From: Chloroflexota bacterium
Lineage (GTDB): Bacteria; Chloroflexota; Chloroflexia; Chloroflexales; Roseiflexaceae
Direction: 5' to 3'
Length of the DNA stretch: 64,000 bases
Assembly (NCBI GenBank): GCA_046051665.1
Contig: JBJONV010000034.1
Span: 6,427-70,426, forward strand
Below are positions 56,101 to 62,126 of this stretch, piece by piece. The notes beneath the pieces are model-generated. The model ran no database searches. It saw nothing but the letters and a program-made list of their open reading frames with translations, and was not told the origin of the DNA. Position 1 is the first letter of the stretch. Each line of letters opens with the position of its first letter. The position numbers and the translations under genes are program-made.

Positions 56101-57654
56101 ACCATTACCGCCGATTCGCCTGGTGCGACGGTGGGCGGCGTTGCCTATACTGCTGCCCCGCAAGTGACGCGGTCGTTTGTGGTCAAGACACAGCAGAGTA
56201 TTACCGTTGCAACCCTCGCCAACCGCGTCTATACCGTGCCCGACTTCAGCGTGAGTGGGAGTGCATCGTCGAGCCTTCCCGTGACGTATAGCTCGCTCAC
56301 GCCGAGTGTTTGTACGGTCGCGAGCGATGGAACGGTCGATATTCAGACGGTCGGTACCTGCACGGTCGCCGCAGACCAAGCCGGAGGAACCAGCGGCGGT
56401 GTGGTCTATGCTGCAGCTCCGCAGGTGACACGTTCGTTCACTGCTTTGGGGATCCCTCAGACCGTGACGGTGCCTACCAGTTCCCCCAAACACGATTATG
56501 ACCCGGCCTTCCGCATCGGTGCGACCGCCAGCTCTGGGTTAGCGCCTACCTATACGTCCACCACCACCGGTGTGTGTCTGGTAGAAGCGGACGGCCTGGT
56601 TCGTATCTTTGCGGTCGGGACCTGTATCATCACCGTTGGTCAACCGGGTGGTACCAATGCCGGCTCGACATACGCCGCAGCTCCTGCGGCGACCTATCGC
56701 TTTGTGGTCGATGACAATACACCGACCCCGACATTGACCCGAACGTTCACACCGACGATTACGTTGACACCTACCAAAACCCCGACATTAACCCCGACAC
56801 CCATCCAATTCATGCTCAAAAAAGGCGCAATTGGTGCATCATTTGTGCTCGGGTTGCTCCAGAATGACACCTTGGTAACCTGGGGTATGAATCGAGAATA
56901 CCAAGCCAACATCCCACCATGCTGTGGATCTGGGATCCAAGACGTTGCCGTCGGGACAAACTTTGCGCTGGCACTCAAAGGCGGCAGAGTGTATGGGTGG
57001 GGCGCAAATACCCGGGGACAACTCAAGTTCCCATCCACTGTCGCCAAAGACATCACTGCAATTGCAGCTGGTGGTGCACACGGCCTGGCATTGACCAAAG
57101 CAGGCAAAGTTATCTCGTGGGGCGACAATACATTCAAGCAAGCCAGTGTCCCGAAGGGGCTAAAGGCGGTCAGTGCCATGGCTGGTGGCACGAATCACAC
57201 CGTGGTTTTGTTGACAGACGGTTCTGTCGTCGCTTGGGGGTCAAACGCGAGTGGTCAGTCCAAACCACCGTTGGGGCTCAAGGGTGTTCGGCAATTGGCT
57301 GCGGGGCTTGATCATACGTTGGCACTCAAGACCGACGGTACCGTCATCGCCTGGGGCAATAACAGCTACGGTCAGGCAACCATACCGACTAATGCCACCG
57401 ACATCAAGCAAGTCAGCGCAGGGACACAGTTCTCGATGGCCGTCAAAAACAACGGCGATGTGATTGCATGGGGTCGGAATGACTACAACCAGATCGTCAT
57501 CCCGACGGAGTACAAAGATATCTATAGTGCTTTTGCGGGATATGCCAATACCATCCTCGGCTTACGGAGCGGTCGCATCGTCGTCCTCGGGGCACAAACC
57601 GACGGCATTGACGTCTCACGCACACCAACCAAGACTGCCACACCAACGCCGTAG
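53191..57654 (+). CDS. Giant secreted multidomain protein: 2x (jelly-roll-like plus Calx-beta-like) module, 3 Ig-like repeats, C-terminal 7-blade BLIP-II/RCC1-like propeller
   Basis: ATG 53191 follows GGAGG at 53181-53185. Signal-peptide-like N-terminus (MRIVKHQVVYTRLILAIVCISTIVLHSASA). Pro/Thr linkers. WGxN recurs every 39-40 aa in the last 265 aa. Confidence 0.8.
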   Translation: MRIVKHQVVYTRLILAIVCISTIVLHSASATAAVEAKPAKAIPNATPVASQRARSARVIPTTSNPTINVANAGSRIVANTSFEAQTVTGMMICEANMRGWLTSHPVQALEGCRVFEVWNKATAGDSLSGVGAPEGNYYIELNAYYGSMSYQPICMVGGESFDFEFYHHARYWNETNAVEFRFGIPSGLASGSKAADSYSRQILLGTTVQGASGSTATGTVTSYTGTSSGAAAVQVAPLKNWVRYSGTHTVASDFGGVKNLGFYGITPTSAIGNLLDKISINLNPIIDMGGSVDSSAGEQSTPASIKIRINGRIAAGTKIALRRNAADPGDAVSDTDFTLGTVSAGANGTAAVTHTSGSDVWLIDVPAGDYDGGKVAANNQSGLTIPVTYTYDMASEATEYAYFELANPGEEGSSDGTVWAYAAPTCDGSFKNDGVVYTITNVDPTNTPTSTPTKTFTPSNTATATQTFTPTHTYTPTMTSTVTKTPSPTTEPTVAGVVPTTSNPTINTSIAGVRTMANTSFEVTDSSCSLPMGSWDYVRQEHMAGWFTAHPLSQEACNSSKSGPVSYRPIELNIRSDAPDGTNVASLNADVASFLYQKLCVKSGESFDFEFYHNVGGTNRTDIAAFRLGIPSGLPAGSVAADSYDREILRASSSAGATADIVTSVAQTQGSGTINGAASIVSGWGKYSGTHTLPATGYDGVRNIGFYGIASICPGCGNLLDKITLGLDPFMDMGSSRDATILESTSGSINIRINGRVAAGTTVVLRKRQGTATSDSDFTIGTVSAGVYGNATVTHTSGSNLWTISVPAGDYDGGIFPSNNTGGLTIPINYLYDVIGDTGEYAMFQLGAPGDDGASSNWALTDPTCDGSFKDDGVVHTITNLAPTATPTHTPTNTYTPTNTPTKTSTPTATNTPSGQYITFATPSDKVNGDPNFTLTATSSIGQPLTYASTTPSVCTVSGAVVTIVGPGTCTITADSPGATVGGVAYTAAPQVTRSFVVKTQQSITVATLANRVYTVPDFSVSGSASSSLPVTYSSLTPSVCTVASDGTVDIQTVGTCTVAADQAGGTSGGVVYAAAPQVTRSFTALGIPQTVTVPTSSPKHDYDPAFRIGATASSGLAPTYTSTTTGVCLVEADGLVRIFAVGTCIITVGQPGGTNAGSTYAAAPAATYRFVVDDNTPTPTLTRTFTPTITLTPTKTPTLTPTPIQFMLKKGAIGASFVLGLLQNDTLVTWGMNREYQANIPPCCGSGIQDVAVGTNFALALKGGRVYGWGANTRGQLKFPSTVAKDITAIAAGGAHGLALTKAGKVISWGDNTFKQASVPKGLKAVSAMAGGTNHTVVLLTDGSVVAWGSNASGQSKPPLGLKGVRQLAAGLDHTLALKTDGTVIAWGNNSYGQATIPTNATDIKQVSAGTQFSMAVKNNGDVIAWGRNDYNQIVIPTEYKDIYSAFAGYANTILGLRSGRIVVLGAQTDGIDVSRTPTKTATPTP
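53359..54516 (+). repeat. Module A1 (386 aa) of the internal duplication
   Basis: Runs from RVIPTTSNPTINVANAGSRIVANTSFE to PTCDGSFKNDGVVYTITNV. Confidence 0.85.
54676..55833 (+). repeat. Module A2 (386 aa) of the internal duplication
   Basis: Runs from GVVPTTSNPTINTSIAGVRTMANTSFE to PTCDGSFKDDGVVHTITNL. Same length and landmark order as A1. Confidence 0.85.
55933..56712 (+). repeat. Three tandem ~85-aa Ig-like repeats
   Basis: Each repeat has Q(Y/S/T)ITx...(F/L)T(L)xATSS...(Y)xSxTPSVCTV...G(T)CT(I/V)xAxQ/S.GG...YxAAPxVTRSF. Confidence 0.7.
56803..57597 (+). repeat. Seven ~39-aa propeller blades (BLIP-II/RCC1_2-like)
   Basis: AGxxHxLAL..DGxVxAWGxNxxGQxxxP recurs. Blade 1 carries a vicinal Cys pair (NIPPCCGSG). 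Confidence 0.75.
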
Positions 57655-57684
57655 TCGATTACTGCGGTGATGCTATCCATGCAC

Positions 57685-57717
57685 GGGTCGTCGCAAACGC
57701 GGCGGCCCTTGGTTTTC
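57685..57717 (+). terminator. Hairpin terminator after the first giant gene
   Basis: GGGTCGTCGC-AAAC-GCGGCGGCCC (10 bp, 2 G-U pairs), followed by TTGGTTTTCC. Confidence 0.55.
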
Positions 57718-58286
57718 CCAGACATCATAATCATGAGACGGAAAATTCCGCTCTTGGAGGATATGCCGACATTCCCGCGTACTTCGTGTATCAAGCTGTG
57801 AATGTACATGTAATCCAGCGTTTGGCGTTTGACAGCAGCCCTGTTGTGAGTGGATGATTCGCTCAACTGACGGGTTTCCGTACCACAAAAACAGCGTAAA
57901 CCCGATTTTCTCGACACATGTACGCAGAATGACAGTGCGTACACATGCTGCGCCGTAACGATGAATCTCGTATGTGCAAACGGGTTTTCTTTACATTCAG
58001 TGGTTTTTTCATGTCAATGAGGTAGCCAAGAAATAAATAAATCTCGGAGTCATTCGGTCTCGTCAACATGCTACTCTGCGCGATTGGGCGACATCCACAG
58101 ACAGAGAAAAGATGTGAATGCGATATTGTGCAATAGCTTCCGGTAATCATGCGAGATGTCGTTTGCTGTTCGTATTTTATCCATGAAAGATTTAAAAAAC
58201 ACGCCTGTTTCTCGGAAAAACATACACAAGGATGCGCGCAATTATTTATAATACAGAAGAATTTTGGTAAACATTTGAGGACCGCT

Positions 58287-61200
58287 ATGGGACGTCATCT
58301 CGCAGTGCTTTCCCACAAAGTGGCGCTCGTCATCCTTGTGTGTGTATTCTGGTCAATCGTTTCGCCAGAGGTACAGGGAATCGGAGCATCACAGCGTACC
58401 GGGCGGACAGGTCGCGTTATACCGACCACCAGTAATCCGACGATAAATGTGGCAAATGGTGCAGCACGCATCATCTCGAACCCATCGTTCGAAAACAATG
58501 GGACCAGCGGCGTTTTCTGTGAGGCCTCGAGCAGAGGCTGGCTCACGACAACCCCTGTGGATGGGACCTATGGATGCAGAATGATTAAGGTATGGCCACG
58601 AATGCCCGGCGCAGAAAGTTATATTACGACGATACCGGATGGCAGCTACTACGCAGAAATCAGCACCGCTGCGGTATCGATGATTTATCAGCCACTGTGC
58701 ATGCTCAACAACGATGTCTTTGGCTTTGAGTTTTATCAACATGCACGCTGGGCTTCACGGGCCGAGACCATCGAAGTACGATTCGGCCTCCCGACGCCTG
58801 TTTCTGCTGGGTACAGACCCGCAGACACGTACGCACGTCAAGTGTTGCGTGGGTGGAGCACGATTCTCGCGGGCGGCAGTCTTTCTACCGGCGGACATAC
58901 GAGCTATACCGGTACGACTGATGCAACGACGGTTCTCTACAACAGCCTCGATATCTCGCCGGTGTTTCAAAATTGGGCGAAATTTTCGGGGACACACACC
59001 GTTCCTTCGACATTCGCTGGTGTGAAGAATTTTGGGTTGTATAGTGTCTCGCCTACGTCTGGCATGGCCAACCTCGTTGATCGGTTCACGGTAAATATGA
59101 AACCGCTCGTAGACATGGGCGGCAGCATTGACCGATCTGCGGCTGAAGGTGCAAACCCGACCGGTATCAAAATCCGTATCAATGGGCGTATCGCTGCCAA
59201 CACCAAACTCGTGTTGCGTCGCAACGTCGCAAACCCTGGCGATGCAATATCCGACACGGACTTCACAATCGGTACCGTGACTGCGGGAGTCTATGGCAAT
59301 GCAACAGTCACACATACCGCCGGCAGTGATATCTGGGTTATCGCGGTCCCGGCCGGCAATTATGATGGCGGTAAGGTCGCAGCCAACAATCAAAGCGGAC
59401 TCACGATACCCGTGAACTTCCGTAGTGATGCCGTGGCAGAATCGACCGAATATGCCTATTTTGAGCTTGCCAATCCTGGTGAAAACGGGGCGAGTGCAAG
59501 CACAATGTGGACCTATGCAGCACCGACCTGCGATGGTTCGTTCAAAAACGATGGGGTCGTCTATAGCATCACGGATGTCGCCGGAACGGCCACACGTACC
59601 CCGACTGCGTCAATGACGCTGACGGCCTCCAAAACGTATACCCGCACGCAGACACCAGGGCCGGGCACTCCCAGTGTGACGAGTGCACCCACCGATACTG
59701 CATCACCAACAGACACCGAAACACCGACCCCGGCAAGCAGCGATACCCCAACACACACCGAAACACCAATCGCATCGGGCGATACCCCAACCCCGGGGTC
59801 GGCGGATACAGCGACCCCTACATCCATTCCTACCATTACCCCCACACCTGCGGGGCAGTACATCGTTTTTGCGTCTCCTCCTGCGCGCACCGAAGACGGA
59901 CCGGCGTTCACCCTGACCGCGACATCAAATCTCGGTTTGCCTGTGACGTATGTCAGCACGACACCGACCATCTGTCGCGTTACGCTGGCTGGAGTGGTGA
60001 CCATCGTCGCGCCGGGGAGTTGTGAGATTACCGCCTCTGCAGCTGGCGGCACGGTTGGGGGCGTTGTGTACGGTGCTGCACCAGATGTGACCCGCACGAT
60101 CACGATTCGTGGCAAGCAGTCGATTTCTTTTGCAACTCCGGCGAGTCGGCTCTACACAGCACCGGATTTTTCGCTGACTGCAACTGCCTCATCAACGCTG
60201 GCGGTTAGTTATAGTTCGCGGAGCGCGAAGGTATGTACGGTCAGCCGTAGCGGACTCGTTGATGTCCGCGCACCCGGGGTGTGTAGCATCACGGCAACAC
60301 AGTCAGGTGGAACGAGTGCAGGGATAGAATATGTCGCTGCGACCCCTGTGACGGTTTCATTCACCGTCAATGCGCTCCCGCAGACGATTACCTTTGCTCC
60401 AGTGGGTGAAAAACTCGCCTACCAGGGTGATGTTGATGTGCATGCGAATGCCTCATCTGGACTCGATGTGGTGTTTTCATCCAGTACGCCGAGTGTTTGT
60501 AGCGTGATTGGCAAGCGCGTCAAGTACCTGTCCATCGGCAAGTGCACGATTACCGCTACGCAGCCCGGTGGCTTGAAATCCGGCGTGATCTATGCTGCAG
60601 CGACACCCATCACACGTGAATTCTTTTTTGTCGATTCCACTGCGACAATCACCACCACGCCCACGAACACGAGTACCGTGACACCAACCAACACCCCTTC
60701 ACCTGTGCCGTTTTTGATGAAAAAAGGAGCAGTCGGCGCATCATTTGTACTCGGATTGCTCCAAAACGACACGTTGGTAACCTGGGGTATGAACCGTGAA
60801 TACCAAGCCAACATTCCACCATGCTGTGGATCTGGGATCCAAGATATTGCGGTCGGAACAAACTTTGCCTTGGCACTCAAAGGCGGCAGGGTGTTCGGAT
60901 GGGGCGCGAATACACTCGGACAACTCAAATTCCCACCGGCTACAGGCAAAGACATCACTGCAATTGCGGCAGGTGGCGCGCACGGCTTGGCATTGACCCA
61001 AAAAGGTTTTGTGATTGCCTGGGGTGACAATGGCTTCAAGCAAGCACAAGTGCCCAAAGGATTGAAGCGGGTCAAAAGTATGGCCGGTGGAGGTTCGCAT
61101 ACGGTGGTGTTGATGATGGACGGTACGCTCTCTGCTTGGGGTTCAAATTCGTCAAATCAGGCGAAACCACCGTTTGGCCTCAAATCCATCACCGAAGTCG

Positions 61201-61556
61201 CTGCGGGTTTGGATCATTCATTGGCGCTCAAAAGCGATGGCTCGGTTATCGCCTGGGGCAATAACAGCTACGGTCAGGCAACCATACCGACCAATGCCAC
61301 CGACATCAAGCAAGTCAGTGCAGGGACGCAGTTCTCGATGGCCGTCAAAAATAACGGTGACGTGATTGCCTGGGGCCGTAACGATTACAATCAGACGTAT
61401 ATTCCGCCCGAGTACACCGACATTTATTCTGTCGCCGCGGGGTACGCAAACACCATTCTCGGCTTACGGAGCGGTCGGATCGTCGTCCTCGGCTCTCAAA
61501 CCGACGGTGTCGATGTCTCGCGCACTCCAACCAAGACTGCCACACCAACGCCGTAG
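58287..61556 (+). CDS. Paralogous giant secreted protein: 1x module A, acidic Pro/Thr linker, 3 Ig-like repeats, 7-blade propeller
   Basis: ATG 58287 follows GAGG at 58277-58280. Signal peptide MGRHLAVLSHKVALVILVCVFWSIVSPEVQG. Same domain order as 53191-57654 but lacks the second module. Confidence 0.8.
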   Translation: MGRHLAVLSHKVALVILVCVFWSIVSPEVQGIGASQRTGRTGRVIPTTSNPTINVANGAARIISNPSFENNGTSGVFCEASSRGWLTTTPVDGTYGCRMIKVWPRMPGAESYITTIPDGSYYAEISTAAVSMIYQPLCMLNNDVFGFEFYQHARWASRAETIEVRFGLPTPVSAGYRPADTYARQVLRGWSTILAGGSLSTGGHTSYTGTTDATTVLYNSLDISPVFQNWAKFSGTHTVPSTFAGVKNFGLYSVSPTSGMANLVDRFTVNMKPLVDMGGSIDRSAAEGANPTGIKIRINGRIAANTKLVLRRNVANPGDAISDTDFTIGTVTAGVYGNATVTHTAGSDIWVIAVPAGNYDGGKVAANNQSGLTIPVNFRSDAVAESTEYAYFELANPGENGASASTMWTYAAPTCDGSFKNDGVVYSITDVAGTATRTPTASMTLTASKTYTRTQTPGPGTPSVTSAPTDTASPTDTETPTPASSDTPTHTETPIASGDTPTPGSADTATPTSIPTITPTPAGQYIVFASPPARTEDGPAFTLTATSNLGLPVTYVSTTPTICRVTLAGVVTIVAPGSCEITASAAGGTVGGVVYGAAPDVTRTITIRGKQSISFATPASRLYTAPDFSLTATASSTLAVSYSSRSAKVCTVSRSGLVDVRAPGVCSITATQSGGTSAGIEYVAATPVTVSFTVNALPQTITFAPVGEKLAYQGDVDVHANASSGLDVVFSSSTPSVCSVIGKRVKYLSIGKCTITATQPGGLKSGVIYAAATPITREFFFVDSTATITTTPTNTSTVTPTNTPSPVPFLMKKGAVGASFVLGLLQNDTLVTWGMNREYQANIPPCCGSGIQDIAVGTNFALALKGGRVFGWGANTLGQLKFPPATGKDITAIAAGGAHGLALTQKGFVIAWGDNGFKQAQVPKGLKRVKSMAGGGSHTVVLMMDGTLSAWGSNSSNQAKPPFGLKSITEVAAGLDHSLALKSDGSVIAWGNNSYGQATIPTNATDIKQVSAGTQFSMAVKNNGDVIAWGRNDYNQTYIPPEYTDIYSVAAGYANTILGLRSGRIVVLGSQTDGVDVSRTPTKTATPTP
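58413..59579 (+). other. Module A (jelly-roll-like plus Calx-beta-like) of the second paralogue
   Basis: Runs from RVIPTTSNPTINVANGAARIISNPSFE to PTCDGSFKNDGVVYSITDV. Confidence 0.8.
59853..60632 (+). repeat. Three tandem Ig-like repeats
   Basis: QYIVFASPP..., KQSISFATPA... and PQTITFAPVG..., each with the paired-Cys pattern ...CxV...G.C.ITA. Confidence 0.7.
60705..61499 (+). repeat. Seven ~39-aa propeller blades
   Basis: Collinear with 56803-57597 and of identical length. The full 852-nt stretches to the stop codons also match in length. Confidence 0.75.
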
Positions 61557-61586
61557 TCAAGCACTGCGGCGATGCAATCCATGCAC

Positions 61587-61617
61587 GGGTCGTCGCAAAC
61601 GCGGCGGCCCTGTTTGT
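61587..61617 (+). terminator. Hairpin terminator after the second giant gene
   Basis: Same hairpin sequence as at 57685 (GGGTCGTCGC-AAAC-GCGGCGGCCC), followed by TGTTTGT. Confidence 0.55.
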
Positions 61618-62126
61618 ACCGATGAATCGGCGATCCACACGCTCTTTTCATTACCAGGATGCGTGTTCACGATGCAGAGCCATGACCCGTGACGCGTCAC
61701 TACTTTTGAAAACGGGTACGGCATTGCAGTATCAGCATGCCATGATGATGGAGTGATTGGTAGTCAAGCAGGAGCATGTAGTACGGTGATAACGTTACAA
61801 TTGATAGAGTTAAAAATAAAAAATATGATATTCAGAGATTTAATTGAAAATAACGAAAGCTAAAATCATAGTACAGATATACTAAGAAAACAAACCTGAA
61901 TATATAAATAAACAACACAAAAAAACAATATACAGCGGATATGTGCAAAAAAAAGAGCATTTTGTTGTTTTTTAAATATGTAAAATGCAGGTTCAAATCT
62001 GAAAATACACTGAAACAAGTGTCTATGGAATTCATATAAATAAAGCACTGTAGTATATTTATATGGTAAAAACAATGTGCATGGAGTATTCTTCGGTAGT
62101 CATCGAGGAAGCAGTTTAAGGTTTCT

